From: an uncultured virus (IMG/VR IMGVR_UViG_3300029705_000096)
Taxonomy: Duplodnaviria; Heunggongvirae; Uroviricota; Caudoviricetes
Direction: 5' to 3' (one strand)
IMG/VR virus record: IMGVR_UViG_3300029705_000096
Length of the DNA: 64,000 nucleotides
Positions within the stretch are counted from its first letter, which is position 1. Each line of letters begins with the position of its first letter. Shown here piece after piece: positions 1 to 9,974 of this stretch. Made by a program: the position numbers and the translations under genes. The notes under the pieces were generated by a model. The model was not told where the DNA came from, made no database searches, and saw nothing but the letters and a program-made list of their open reading frames with translations.

Positions 1-84
1 GCTTGGTCCGTTTTTAATTTAATTGACAAGGCTAACATAGTCGTATATTATAAAGAAAAGAGTGCAAATATACAGAAATCACTG

Positions 85-256
85 ATACCGATTACATCGG
101 TGATGCCATGTTCATACTATAAGGGATGATAATCGAGGGTCAAAAGCCCGCAAAAGCACTGGAATCAAGCGGTCTAAGCTGTTATTTGCAGTATGAGTTT
201 TTTTCGATATGATCCTATTTTGAACATCCCGACTTGATGTTTGTATCCGATGTATA
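85..256. other. Candidate attachment (att) region next to the integrase 3' end
   Basis: 99-122 reads GDAMFIL*, resembling the QueA C-terminus (…SFGDAMFI), but has no upstream queA. TACATCGG at 93-100 is inverted at 247-254. Confidence 0.45.
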
Positions 257-302
257 TTAAAACAGCACTTTTTTGCTATGTATAACTATGAATAAAATAG
301 CA

Positions 303-338
303 CGATCCCCCGAGCTACAAAGCTCGGGGGATTTCGTT
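303..338 (-). terminator. Hairpin after the integrase stop codon
   Basis: TCCCCCGAGCT-acaa-AGCTCGGGGGA inverted repeat. Confidence 0.7.
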
Positions 339-2045
339 TTACGAATAGACAAACCGAATAGTAACATCATTCGAGAATTGCAATGACGTAATTTTTCCGC
401 CTGTGGCTTCGATGTTCTTGATAACGGATCGGATGAACATTCGAGGTATTTGGGGGTCAATTCCTCGGATGTACTTTTCATAGTCAACAAATCTTTCATT
501 CAGAAGCTTTTCCGCCATAACAAAGTAGCTCGCCTTGCGGAGAAAATCATCTTCTGAAAGTGCAGCTTCCTCGTCGTTCTGTTTAAGTTCGGAAATTCCT
601 TTGTTTGTTTCCTCTAACTCATCCAGCAATTTCTTTCGCTCGATAATATATTCTGCCTCCGACATCGCATCTTCGCCGAACAAGAATATCGACTTCAGCC
701 TATTTAGTGCGATCTCGGTCTTTCTGCGCCTTTCCTCCAGAATATCAAGCTTATTCTCTTGCTTTTCGGTTCCAGCGAATACGTCTTCGGGCTTGAATTC
801 TACTCCAGAAACGGTAGACAAAATCATCTTCTTGAGTTTTACCAAGTCTTCGTCGCATATTGCAACGCCCAAAAAGGGAGAACCTTTCAAAACCTTCTTC
901 GCCAAGACAGGGAGCGGCGTCTTGGGATTTATCTTTTCTCTGCACTGCATAATGTTAGCAATAAAGTTGAAGACAAACGGACCTATTATGATGTCGGAAA
1001 TGTATTTATTGCCGCAGGATTTATCAAGTCTTCTCTTGTAACAAGAATAAATCGACGGTCTCCATCCGTCCGCTCTGCGGCGATCTAGAGTTGCCGACAT
1101 ATTGTGTCCGCATTCTCCGCAAGTTATTAAGCCAGCGAAGATGTGAATGTTTTTATTCATTCGAGCTGTACCTACCTTTATCCCGCCACGTCGGTTTCTT
1201 GTAAGAGAAAGTTGGATTCTCTCGAATCTGGCCTCACTCAGAGCCGGCAAATGGTGGTTCTCTATGACGATCCATTCTGCCTCGTCTCTTTTTGCAACTC
1301 CCTTTCCGTCGGAGTGGACATTGTATTTGTAAGATCCAATATACCAAACGTTGCGGAGGATCTTGTTTATCGCTACCGGAGACCACTCCAATCCTTGCCG
1401 AGTACGATAGCCATTGCTATTCAACCATTTAGCAGTTGCAAGCAGGGAGTTTGTTTCCTCGTATTTGTCGCACATAGATAAATAAATCCTGTGTTCGTAT
1501 TGGTTTAAGGTAAAACATTTTTCTTCCGTATCGTAATTGTATCCATACGGGACTCTTCCGCCGTTCCATTTTCCACTGTCAGCTCTGGAGAGCATAATTG
1601 CTGTGACTCTTTCGGCCGTAACTTGCCGTTCCAGCTCAGCAAATACCAAGATTATTTTCACCATTGCCTCGCCCATGGCTGTACTCGTGTCGAACTGCTC
1701 GTTTTTAGATACGAAGGCAACGCCTAAAGATTTCAGTTCGGCATGCATATTTGCAAAGTCTAAAAGATTTCTGCTTATACGATCGATCTTCCAGACGAGC
1801 AAATGTGAGAATTCACCTGTTCTCAGCCTTTCCATCATTCTCTGATAGTCAGGCCGATCTGTATTTTTGGCAGAATAGCCGGGATCTACGAAGACTTCGT
1901 AATCTGTTATTCCAAGAACAAGATCTGCAAATGCGATCAGCTCCCGGCGTTGAACCTGAAGGGAGTCCTTGTCAATCTGCCATTGTGTAGAAACACGAGT
2001 GTATATTGCCGCCTTCTTTTTCGATAGGCTTCTGGATGCATCCAC
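339..2045 (-). CDS. Large serine recombinase (integrase)
   Basis: YTRVST catalytic motif, DRISR, recombinase domain, Zn ribbon (CGECG…C…C) and coiled coil; 568 aa. Confidence 0.95.
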   Translation of the reverse strand: MDASRSLSKKKAAIYTRVSTQWQIDKDSLQVQRRELIAFADLVLGITDYEVFVDPGYSAKNTDRPDYQRMMERLRTGEFSHLLVWKIDRISRNLLDFANMHAELKSLGVAFVSKNEQFDTSTAMGEAMVKIILVFAELERQVTAERVTAIMLSRADSGKWNGGRVPYGYNYDTEEKCFTLNQYEHRIYLSMCDKYEETNSLLATAKWLNSNGYRTRQGLEWSPVAINKILRNVWYIGSYKYNVHSDGKGVAKRDEAEWIVIENHHLPALSEARFERIQLSLTRNRRGGIKVGTARMNKNIHIFAGLITCGECGHNMSATLDRRRADGWRPSIYSCYKRRLDKSCGNKYISDIIIGPFVFNFIANIMQCREKINPKTPLPVLAKKVLKGSPFLGVAICDEDLVKLKKMILSTVSGVEFKPEDVFAGTEKQENKLDILEERRRKTEIALNRLKSIFLFGEDAMSEAEYIIERKKLLDELEETNKGISELKQNDEEAALSEDDFLRKASYFVMAEKLLNERFVDYEKYIRGIDPQIPRMFIRSVIKNIEATGGKITSLQFSNDVTIRFVYS

Positions 2046-2066
2046 TCTGACACCACCTTATCTTAT

Positions 2067-2167
2067 GGAAAATCACAGGAATTTCCACGGAATTTCCACG
2101 GAAATTCCGGCGCAACCGTAACCGTAAACGGAATCGTAACCTATATACCGTAATCATAATATATATA
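2067..2167 (+). repeat. Iteron-like element, copy 1
   Basis: Tandem 11-mers (GGAATTTCCAC x2 plus variants), then AACCGT-type repeats and an AT-rich tail; shares 35 identical nt with 51443-51550. Confidence 0.85.
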
Positions 2168-2209
2168 AAGACGGAGGATGGCTCTTTGCGATCGTCCGTC
2201 TTTTGCTAT

Positions 2210-2746
2210 TTAACCATCAATGAAGAACACATCAAAGAGAGGAGTACGGCATTTCGAGAGAGTTTCTTTAAGCGAGGAACGGTCCTCCTGAGAAATACCG
2301 ACAGCAAGAACCAAAATCTTTCCGCTGGAAATACCCGAGGCGATTTTTGCCTCAAAATCAGTCTCATCAGCATACGATAGCAGTCCTCTAGATGCCATTA
2401 TATCGATTACATCTGCTGCTTGCCCTTTGTGTAAGAATGTGTAATTTGCAGAAAGCTCATTCAGAAGATTGAAACCGTATGCACGAAGGATCTTTACTTC
2501 TGAAACTATTTCCGCAGCTGAAATCGCAGACAAGACCAACACCAAATTCCCATCGGGGGCAACAAAAAGGCAATCGAAGTCAAAACGACCTATTTTTCCT
2601 TTTCTGGCAATGCAAACGAAGCTTTTTGATCCGAATGATGTAGAAATTCTCGATTTGTATTTTGCCATAAATCTGTTTAACTCGGCGGTCGTTAATGTAG
2701 CAGGGTCTCTTTGATCTTTTGCTGATGTAGGTTGAGCGATTTTCAT
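2210..2746 (-). CDS. Hypothetical protein in the immunity region
   Basis: 178 aa ORF directly downstream of the repressor, same strand. Confidence 0.6.
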   Translation of the reverse strand: MKIAQPTSAKDQRDPATLTTAELNRFMAKYKSRISTSFGSKSFVCIARKGKIGRFDFDCLFVAPDGNLVLVLSAISAAEIVSEVKILRAYGFNLLNELSANYTFLHKGQAADVIDIMASRGLLSYADETDFEAKIASGISSGKILVLAVGISQEDRSSLKETLSKCRTPLFDVFFIDG

Positions 2747-2752
2747 AATATA

Positions 2753-3094
2753 TTACTCCTTCCGGTATTTTTGTAAGACTGCATTTATTACGAGCTTGTC
2801 ATCATCGGATGCGGCAGCATAAAGGCTTCCGATTTCTCTGCTCTCGCGGGAAAGAACATCTCCGCTCTTTTCTGAAAGGCCGAGAAGCCAATCGATTGAA
2901 ACAGAGAAAAATTCAGAAATCAGAATAACATACTTGAGGTTCGGCACACGGGTAGGCTCAGACAAGTATCTTGAAATTGCAGCAGCACTAACTTTTAGAG
3001 CGGCCGAAAGAGAAGAAATGTTGTGCCCATGACTTTCCATCAGAATCCCCAAGTTGTATCCAAATGTGGAAAACTCCATGTTTTTGATATCCAT
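2753..3094 (-). CDS. CI-like XRE-family repressor
   Basis: HTH_3 pattern (LSAALKVSAAAISRYL…P…ISEFFSVSIDWLLG); divergent from the cro-like gene. Confidence 0.88.
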   Translation of the reverse strand: MDIKNMEFSTFGYNLGILMESHGHNISSLSAALKVSAAAISRYLSEPTRVPNLKYVILISEFFSVSIDWLLGLSEKSGDVLSRESREIGSLYAAASDDDKLVINAVLQKYRKE

Positions 3095-3194
3095 AACGTA
3101 TCTCCTTTTTTACCGAAATGAATGGATTTTCCTCCATAATATAACAGTCTGGTAAGAAACGCAAATAATTTTATCAAAAATGATAAAAATATTA

Positions 3195-3257
3195 TTGACT
3201 TTTACCGATCGGTAAATTATAGTATATATAACGGTAAAATACGTTACCGATCGGAAA
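3195..3257 (+). promoter_or_regulatory. Rightward early promoter overlapped by operators
   Basis: TTGACT-N17-TATAGT (3195-3223). Palindrome TTACCGATCGGTAA at 3202-3215 lies in the spacer, with a near copy at 3244-3257. Confidence 0.85.
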
Positions 3258-3279
3258 AAATGGGAGAAGGTGGTAATAG

Positions 3280-3519
3280 ATGAATACGAAGCCTAACGAA
3301 ATAGGAGGAGCAAGGAAACGGCTCCGAATTACACAACAGGAAGTGGCTAACAGACTAGGAATACCGCTTCCGACATACATTAAGAAAGAAAGAGGAGAAA
3401 GTCCGTTCACAGATACGCAGAAAGTAGAACTGGCAAAAATCCTAGATTGGACGCCACTGCAAATGAACAGGTTCCTGTACGACGGACTCCTGCCTATCAA
3501 TGCAGAAAACCATTGGTAG
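3280..3519 (+). CDS. Cro-like XRE HTH protein
   Basis: ARKRLRITQQEVANRLGI…YIKKERGE HTH; 79 aa. Confidence 0.88.
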   Translation: MNTKPNEIGGARKRLRITQQEVANRLGIPLPTYIKKERGESPFTDTQKVELAKILDWTPLQMNRFLYDGLLPINAENHW

Positions 3520-3537
3520 TTTTTTTAGCAATATGAG

Positions 3538-3571
3538 TTACCGATCGGTAAAATGTATTGCTGATAGGTAA
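3538..3571. promoter_or_regulatory. Operator pair
   Basis: Perfect TTACCGATCGGTAA at 3538-3551; degenerate TTGCTGATAGGTAA at 3558-3571. Confidence 0.75.
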
Positions 3572-3599
3572 ATTATATGTTATTTGGGGAGGAAAGAAA

Positions 3600-4091
3600 A
3601 TGGGACGTGGAGCCACGAAAGCAGCCGGCAATCTCTGGTACGAAGCCAGAATAAACGCAGCAAAATATAACGACAAGCTATCTAGTCGTGAAGGTGCTGC
3701 CGAGTTGCTGGGATGCTCGGTTGATGTGCTTGTTAGAGTTGAAAATGATCTTTACAAGTGCATGCCCGTGGAGACAGCGATTCTTATGGCCGACCTGTAC
3801 AATGCCCCTCATTTGCTAAATCACTACTGCAGAAATTGTCCAATCGGATGTGATAGTCCCATATCCGACGAAAATCCAGACTTGGATCGTGTGACTGTGA
3901 AACTTCTGAAAAAGCTGAAGCTAGAAAAGATAGCCAGCATTAAAGAGAGATTGCTCGAAATCGCAGAAGACGGGGTTATCAGTGAGGACGAAAAACCGGA
4001 GCTGGAAGAGGTTGTAGGTTTTTTAGAAGAAATTGTCACGACTGTCAGCGAACTTAGATCGATCACAAGAAAAGTATTAAACGGAGGATGA
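3600..4091 (+). CDS. Phage HTH regulatory protein (CII-like position)
   Basis: SREGAAELLGCS HTH and C-terminal IAEDGVISEDE motif; GGAGG RBS before the ATG at 3600. Confidence 0.7.
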   Translation: MGRGATKAAGNLWYEARINAAKYNDKLSSREGAAELLGCSVDVLVRVENDLYKCMPVETAILMADLYNAPHLLNHYCRNCPIGCDSPISDENPDLDRVTVKLLKKLKLEKIASIKERLLEIAEDGVISEDEKPELEEVVGFLEEIVTTVSELRSITRKVLNGG

Positions 4092-4094
4092 ACC

Positions 4095-4259
4095 GTGGAG
4101 GCATACAGATCAGCGATAAGGATTCTAGAGGAAGAATACGGGATCACCTCTTTAGAAGAATTGCAAAATGCAATCCGCAAAATAGGTCCGATCGATGTAA
4201 GCCTGTTTTGTGCAGATATAGAACCTGAAAAAAGGAGAACTCGCCATGAAAAGAAATAA
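4095..4259 (+). CDS. Small hypothetical protein (54 aa)
   Basis: GTG start after GGAGG; fills the gap between two genes. Confidence 0.5.
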   Translation: MEAYRSAIRILEEEYGITSLEELQNAIRKIGPIDVSLFCADIEPEKRRTRHEKK

Positions 4260-4992
4260 CAACAAAGCAAGATCTGGATGCTTGTTTTTAAGAAGAGCAC
4301 TTGCGTTTGTAATTGTTGCAATTGCATTTTCGCTTGTTATTGCAGACACAGCAAAAAGCCATGACACAAACACCGAAATGAGCATAGCTTCGCAGTCCGG
4401 AAGCGAACAGAATCGGCCCGAGGCAACTGTTGTAGCTGCGGCTCAGGAAACCCCTGAGGTTGTCGTACATACTGTTTCTGCTGAACTGATCTGTACTGTG
4501 AATTATGAAGAAAAGGACGTCTCGACCGGACCTGAACCATCCGAACAGGAAGACATAGACACAGAAGCAGAAGATGAGATCCTTTACTACACGGAAGAAG
4601 ACGTTCTTGCTCTTGCTCAAATGGGAGAAGGAGAAGCCGGCGGAATTCCTTCCGATATGGAGGTAGCTGCAACGATGTGGAGTGCCTGCAATCGCTTAGA
4701 CAGCGGAGATCCCTATTATGCTGGGCTTGAGTCCATCAAGGATATCGTCGCTCAGCCCTACCAGTATCATGGCTACAATCCTGATCGAGTTCCTTCAGAA
4801 AGACTTATGGCTCTTGCCAGAGATGTTCTGAGCAGATGGAATGCAGAAAAAAATGGTGCAACTGATGTGGGGCGTGTGCTTCCCCGCGAGTATATGTTCT
4901 TCCACGGAGATGGCTGGCACAATTATTTCACCACAGTTCCGGGCGGGTATGATGTGTACGATTGGTATCTTGGTTCCCCCTACGAGAGTTGA
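4246..4992 (+). CDS. SleB-like cell wall hydrolase (Hydrolase_2) with N-terminal TM segment
   Basis: LAQMGEGEAGG…NRL…IVAQPYQY motif; hydrophobic N-terminus and acidic linker. Confidence 0.75.
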   Translation: MKRNNNKARSGCLFLRRALAFVIVAIAFSLVIADTAKSHDTNTEMSIASQSGSEQNRPEATVVAAAQETPEVVVHTVSAELICTVNYEEKDVSTGPEPSEQEDIDTEAEDEILYYTEEDVLALAQMGEGEAGGIPSDMEVAATMWSACNRLDSGDPYYAGLESIKDIVAQPYQYHGYNPDRVPSERLMALARDVLSRWNAEKNGATDVGRVLPREYMFFHGDGWHNYFTTVPGGYDVYDWYLGSPYES

Positions 4993-5003
4993 GGAGTAAG
5001 CAC

Positions 5004-5255
5004 ATGGATATGCTTGAACAACTTTCAGACATTGTATTTGCGGTGCAAGACGAAACGAAGTATCCGTTCGACCTTTCTGAAATCTTTCGAGTGATGCAAC
5101 ATACTCTCCGGAAGATCGAATTAAACGGACAAGGCGATGGATACATTCCCATCTTGTTTAGAAATGAGCTGCAAGATCTCGTTATGAGACATGAAATCAA
5201 TAAGAGAGGAAGCGAAAGAACATGTGTAGTCTCTGCAATTCCAGCCCTTGTGTAA
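5004..5255 (+). CDS. Hypothetical protein
   Basis: RBS GAGGAG; tightly packed in the operon. Confidence 0.6.
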   Translation: MDMLEQLSDIVFAVQDETKYPFDLSEIFRVMQHTLRKIELNGQGDGYIPILFRNELQDLVMRHEINKRGSERTCVVSAIPALV

Positions 5256-5458
5256 GCCGATGCCCAAACGCACCGGAGCCAATCGCCGTTGCGACATGCG
5301 ACTATTGTCATGAGAGCATTTATCGCGGAGAAGAGTACGGCGAGATTAACGGCAAAGCATATTGCGAAAGCTGTTTAGAGATTATGCCGTACAGTGAAAT
5401 GATCGAACTCTTCGGTGGGAAATGGAGGCTTGCGGAGGAACCCGATGCAGGATACTGA
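5222..5458 (+). CDS. Small Cys-rich (Zn-finger) protein
   Basis: Multiple CxxC pairs. Confidence 0.6.
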   Translation: MCSLCNSSPCVSRCPNAPEPIAVATCDYCHESIYRGEEYGEINGKAYCESCLEIMPYSEMIELFGGKWRLAEEPDAGY

Positions 5459-6080
5459 AAACAAGATTATCCAAATGCCTGACTTCCCCGAGCTGACATT
5501 CGATGAAACAAGCCACATATATCGGCTGGACGGGGATGTGATACCGAGTGTTTCTGAGATAATGACCCCTTTGTCGACCGCAAAGTATAAAGGCATAAGT
5601 GACAGGACGCTGAATAACGCCGCAAACAAAGGGTCAGCAGTACACGATGCAATCGAGTTTTGGATAAAGTACGGTGTCGTAGATATCGAAAAAGAACACG
5701 CCGGGTACTTCAATGCTTTTCTCCGTTGGTGGGAAAAGGAAAAGCCGGTTGTTATTGGATCTGAGAACCGTGTGTATCACCCTATCCTGCAATACGGTGG
5801 AACGGTTGATCTGTACTGCCTTACCGGACAATCAGAACCCACTCTCGTAGATTATAAATGCACATACCAGCTAAGTGAAATGACCTGCCGTGTCCAGCTG
5901 GAAGCGTATTCTCAAGCCTTGGCAAGTCATGATTTGCCCGTTATGAAAAAGAACATTCTTCATCTCAAGAAGGATGAAACATATGAGTACAGGCCGTTCC
6001 TAGCTAAAGATCCAGTTGCGTGGCGGGTCTTCGGAAATCTAAAGGGAGTTTACGACTACTTGAAGTCGTACCAAAATTAG
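5445..6080 (+). CDS. PD-(D/E)XK exonuclease
   Basis: PSVSEI…GSAVH…E…YGGTVD…VDYK…QLEAY motifs. Confidence 0.85.
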   Translation: MQDTENKIIQMPDFPELTFDETSHIYRLDGDVIPSVSEIMTPLSTAKYKGISDRTLNNAANKGSAVHDAIEFWIKYGVVDIEKEHAGYFNAFLRWWEKEKPVVIGSENRVYHPILQYGGTVDLYCLTGQSEPTLVDYKCTYQLSEMTCRVQLEAYSQALASHDLPVMKKNILHLKKDETYEYRPFLAKDPVAWRVFGNLKGVYDYLKSYQN

Positions 6081-6089
6081 GAGGGAAAT

Positions 6090-6779
6090 ATGATGAACAC
6101 CGAACTCACCACTTACCCGGGAGAAAGCAGGCTTGCTACCGAAAACGTTTCGGTTATCGAGGTCGCAAAAAGTCTGGTTGTTACCAATGAAGCAGATTAT
6201 CAATCCGCCGGAGAATATCTGAAAGCAATTAAAAGACAGCAAAAAGCTGTCACAGAATTCTTTGAGCCGATGAGAGTAAGCTCCAAAGCCGCATATGATG
6301 CCGTCCTCTCCAGAAAGAAGGCTATGTTAGATCCCCTGAAGGATGCAGAAGCTGCACTCAAGGAAAAACTAGACGCATTTATTGAGGTCCAGAAGGAACT
6401 TCAGGAAGAGAAAAACGCTTCGTTAAAGGAACGAGCTGCAAGGCGGCTCGATGAATGTCTTGCTGAAGCAGCTGCCGCTGAGAAGGCCGGAGATGTTCTC
6501 GCTGCAGAGATGGCGTTGGCTGAAGCAGAGATGATGGACGATGCGGCAAATGGCGTAGGTGCGAGATCGATGCTTCCCAAGGTAAATGGCATCAGCACTG
6601 TAAAGTCGTGGGAAATTATCAGCATTGACCACAAAGCTGTCCCTGCTTATGTGGGCGATGTTGTAATCCGCCCTGTTGACGAAAAGGCAGTAATGACACT
6701 CATCAAAGCCACGAAGGGACAGGTAGTGATACCCGGTGTCCAATTCAAGGAGACCGTATCTCATAGAGTAAGAACTTAG
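6090..6779 (+). CDS. Coiled-coil protein of the recombination module
   Basis: Helical protein ending in IPGV; lies between the exonuclease and the annealase. Confidence 0.6.
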   Translation: MMNTELTTYPGESRLATENVSVIEVAKSLVVTNEADYQSAGEYLKAIKRQQKAVTEFFEPMRVSSKAAYDAVLSRKKAMLDPLKDAEAALKEKLDAFIEVQKELQEEKNASLKERAARRLDECLAEAAAAEKAGDVLAAEMALAEAEMMDDAANGVGARSMLPKVNGISTVKSWEIISIDHKAVPAYVGDVVIRPVDEKAVMTLIKATKGQVVIPGVQFKETVSHRVRT

Positions 6780-6798
6780 TAATTAGGAGGAGTACAAA

Positions 6799-7812
6799 AT
6801 GGCTGATAACAAAAGAGAACTGGCAACTGCTGCCCCGAAAGGTGCTATGCAGATGCCCAAAACAACAGGGATGAATGTTTTCTCAGATGCAAAAAGTTTT
6901 GAAGCAGCATTCAAAATGGCTGACTGTCTTGCGAAATCTACGATCGTCCCCAAGGAGTATCACAACAATGTTGGTAACTGCATGATTGCTCTCGAAATGG
7001 CATCCCGAATCGACACTAGCCCCATGATGGTTATGCAGAACCTGTACATCGTCAACGGTCGTCCCGCTTGGTCCAGCCAGTGGATTATTGCGATGATTAA
7101 CTCCAGCAAGAGATACAAGACTGAACTGCAGTTCGAATTTGGTCACGATTCCAGAGATGGCGGTCTTAGCTGTACCGCATGGGCTGAAGATTACTTTGGT
7201 CACAAAGTATTTGGACCGAAGATCACAATGAAGATGGCAAATGACGAAGGCTGGACGACTAAGAATGGCAGCAAGTGGAAGACAATGCCTGAAGTCATGA
7301 TCCAGTATCGTGCTGCATCTTTCTTTGGTCGTCTGAATTGCCCCGATATGATTATGGGAATCTACAGTGCAGACGAAGCATATGAGATCGACGATAACGC
7401 AAACGCCGGCGGAACATATAGCCTTGATGTTGACCCCAACACCGGAGAAATTATCGCCACAAAAACGGAGTCCAGTGAACCGATCAACAAAGAAGATCGA
7501 GAAATCCTGTTCGCTCTTGTTTCCAAGTGCTTTGGCGTAGGAGATGGGAATGCTGTGCTGAAAACTCTGATTGAAAATGAGGGTTATGCAAACACCAAGG
7601 AACTTTCTCGGGCTGCATATGACAGGATCGTAGGCAACATTTCCAAAATGCTTCCGGAGGAACAATATGAAGCCATCATCGGTGAGCTGAGCGAGGTGGT
7701 TGGGAACGGATGTCCGGGATGTACTGAGTCTGCAGCGAATCGTATTCAGAACAACTTCCAGCTGATGATTTCCGCAAGAGATGAAATGGCAAGAGAGACT
7801 GACAAGAATTGA
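6799..7812 (+). CDS. RecT-like single-strand annealing protein
   Basis: NCMIALEMASR…PMMVMQNLYIVNGRPAWS…KWKTMPEVMIQYRAASFFGR. Confidence 0.8.
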   Translation: MADNKRELATAAPKGAMQMPKTTGMNVFSDAKSFEAAFKMADCLAKSTIVPKEYHNNVGNCMIALEMASRIDTSPMMVMQNLYIVNGRPAWSSQWIIAMINSSKRYKTELQFEFGHDSRDGGLSCTAWAEDYFGHKVFGPKITMKMANDEGWTTKNGSKWKTMPEVMIQYRAASFFGRLNCPDMIMGIYSADEAYEIDDNANAGGTYSLDVDPNTGEIIATKTESSEPINKEDREILFALVSKCFGVGDGNAVLKTLIENEGYANTKELSRAAYDRIVGNISKMLPEEQYEAIIGELSEVVGNGCPGCTESAANRIQNNFQLMISARDEMARETDKN

Positions 7813-7870
7813 GACGGTGAATGATATGCAGTTTCAACTGTGTGTTCAGGAAAAAGAGGCAGGTGAGATA

Positions 7871-8662
7871 ATGGCGTGGGTTAGCATACACGATAATGTG
7901 GTTGGAGGGAAGCTCAGAGAGCTTGCCAAGGAGGTCTCGAAAGAAGGCCTCCCATACATAGAGGAACTTGCATTGGGCATTCTTGTAAAATTCTGGCTTT
8001 GGGGACTTAACAACGCCGACAAAAACGGAATGATTATCAATGCTGACAAAGAAGACATTGTTGATGCATTTAGCTCTCGCCTTGTATCTCACCTTCCTAA
8101 TGTTGTTGGTATATTATTGAGAACCCACTGGATAGATGCAACAGTGGAAGGGTACAAAATCCACGACTGGGATCAGTGGCAAGAACAATGGTACAAAGCC
8201 ATGGAGAAGAGAGAACGGGATAAAATCAGAAAGAGGGACGCAGATGCATCGAAGAAAAAAGATGCTGCTGTTCCTCCTTCTGAAGAACCTGATGCAGAGG
8301 CTCCGCCAGAAGGCGGTGGCGATCCACCCGATGAACCAGAACATCCGAGGTATGTTCCTGCTTTTGAGACTTTCTGGGAAGAATATCCGAGAAAGATCGA
8401 TAAAGGAGCAGCATACAAGAAGTATATGGCCAGACGACGGGATGGATATTCGGACGAAGATCTTCTCCGTGCTGCGAAGAACTATGCATATGTCTGTAAA
8501 AGGAACAAAACTGACAAGAACTACATCAAACACGGAAAGACCTTCCTTGGTGACAGTCTCCCGTTCCTTGATTATCTTCCAAAGCGAGAGGCGCAATCGC
8601 CCGAAACACAACTTCCCGACACAAGCAACCCGTTTGCTGATTGCGTAGGAAAGGGAGGATGA
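7871..8662 (+). CDS. Phage replication initiator (replisome organiser)
   Basis: N-terminal MAWVSIH…IHDWDQWQ and C-terminal FETFWEEYPRK…YIKHGKTFL; upstream of the helicase loader. Confidence 0.85.
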   Translation: MAWVSIHDNVVGGKLRELAKEVSKEGLPYIEELALGILVKFWLWGLNNADKNGMIINADKEDIVDAFSSRLVSHLPNVVGILLRTHWIDATVEGYKIHDWDQWQEQWYKAMEKRERDKIRKRDADASKKKDAAVPPSEEPDAEAPPEGGGDPPDEPEHPRYVPAFETFWEEYPRKIDKGAAYKKYMARRRDGYSDEDLLRAAKNYAYVCKRNKTDKNYIKHGKTFLGDSLPFLDYLPKREAQSPETQLPDTSNPFADCVGKGG

Positions 8663-8666
8663 TCTG

Positions 8667-9554
8667 TTGGCTATTTTCAACACGTTTCCTATGGCACGAA
8701 GACTTGCTGAAAAAGGAATTAGAGAACAGGTGATAAATCCTTCTGATGTTGCAGGAGAAGATGGAACTCTTTACTGCGGTCTTTGCGGAGAGAAAAAGAG
8801 GATGTACAAAGACTTTCCTGATCCTGTCGAGGGAGATGAGCAAAGAGTAAGCAGACTTCTTGTTGCACTGGAATGCGGATGCGATCGTGCGAAAAAAGAA
8901 AAGGAAAAGCAAGCAGCCATAGACAAAGCTGATATGGAGTCTATAGAAAAGCTCAGAGTTGCTAGTCTCATGGACGACCACTTCAGGCTTTGCTCGTTCG
9001 ATTCTTTTCAGACAAATCAGTATAACCAAAGAAATCTAAAGATCTGCCGGCGTTACGCTACTGCATTCGATAAGATGGTTTCTGAGAATCGGGGTCTTCT
9101 CCTTTGGGGCGGAGTCGGAACAGGGAAAACATTTGCGGCAGCGTGTATTGCCAACTATCTTCTTGGGAAAAAAGTTCCTGTCATCATGACTTCTTTCCTG
9201 AAAATATTGAACATGATACAGGCGGACAGAGACCAAGAGACACGGATTATAAATCAACTAAATAGGGCTAGGCTGGTTGTATTTGATGATATGGGCGTAG
9301 AAAGAGGGTCTGATTACGTTTTAGAAAAAGTCTATAGCATTATAGACAGCAGATACAGACGGCAGCTTCCTATGATTGTCACAACGAATCTCACCATGGA
9401 TGAAATGAAAAACGAGACCGATATACGATATGCGAGAATATACGATCGGCTTTTCGAAACATGTTATCCGATGCAATTTACCGGTGTTAGCTGGCGAAGA
9501 GTAACTGCAGCGAAGAGATTTCAGGAAATGGGGGCATTATTCGATGAGGATTAA
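8667..9554 (+). CDS. DnaC/IstB-like helicase loader ATPase
   Basis: Walker A GGVGTGKT, Walker B VVFDDMG, IVTTNL, RIYDRL. Confidence 0.92.
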   Translation: MAIFNTFPMARRLAEKGIREQVINPSDVAGEDGTLYCGLCGEKKRMYKDFPDPVEGDEQRVSRLLVALECGCDRAKKEKEKQAAIDKADMESIEKLRVASLMDDHFRLCSFDSFQTNQYNQRNLKICRRYATAFDKMVSENRGLLLWGGVGTGKTFAAACIANYLLGKKVPVIMTSFLKILNMIQADRDQETRIINQLNRARLVVFDDMGVERGSDYVLEKVYSIIDSRYRRQLPMIVTTNLTMDEMKNETDIRYARIYDRLFETCYPMQFTGVSWRRVTAAKRFQEMGALFDED

Positions 9555-9972
9555 ATTCTCTGTTTTTGGAGAGCCGAAAGGCAAGGGGCGTCCCAGAATG
9601 ACAAAAACAGGGCACACCTACACTCCGAGTGAAACGGTGGAATACGAAAACTTGATAAAGCTTGAGTATCGCCGGCAATGCGGAAATGTATTCTACGATA
9701 AAGAAACCCCTCTCGATGTAAGAATCACCGGATACTACGGCATCCCAAAGAGTGTGAGCAGAAAAAAGCGGCAAGCTATGATTGACGGAGTTATTAGACC
9801 GATTAAGAAGGTCGATGCAGATAACCTTTGCAAGGTTGTCTGCGACTCGCTCAATGGCTATGCGTACCACGATGACACGCAGGTTGTAGACTGCCAGATC
9901 AGGAAGTTTTACAGTGAAACCCCAAGAGTTGTTGTGACGATTCAAGAAGCAGGCCGACTGGTCAGGAGGTAA
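9544..9972 (+). CDS. rusA: RusA-family Holliday junction resolvase
   Basis: PKGKGRPR…KKVDADNLCKVVCDSLNG…DDTQVV. Confidence 0.92.
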   Translation: MRIKFSVFGEPKGKGRPRMTKTGHTYTPSETVEYENLIKLEYRRQCGNVFYDKETPLDVRITGYYGIPKSVSRKKRQAMIDGVIRPIKKVDADNLCKVVCDSLNGYAYHDDTQVVDCQIRKFYSETPRVVVTIQEAGRLVRR

Positions 9973-9974
9973 AA

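Noticed and set aside
5445..6080. Cas4 belonging to the RAMP locus
   Set aside because: It lies 10 kb away in a standard exonuclease-annealase recombination module and lacks the Cas4 Fe-S cysteine set.
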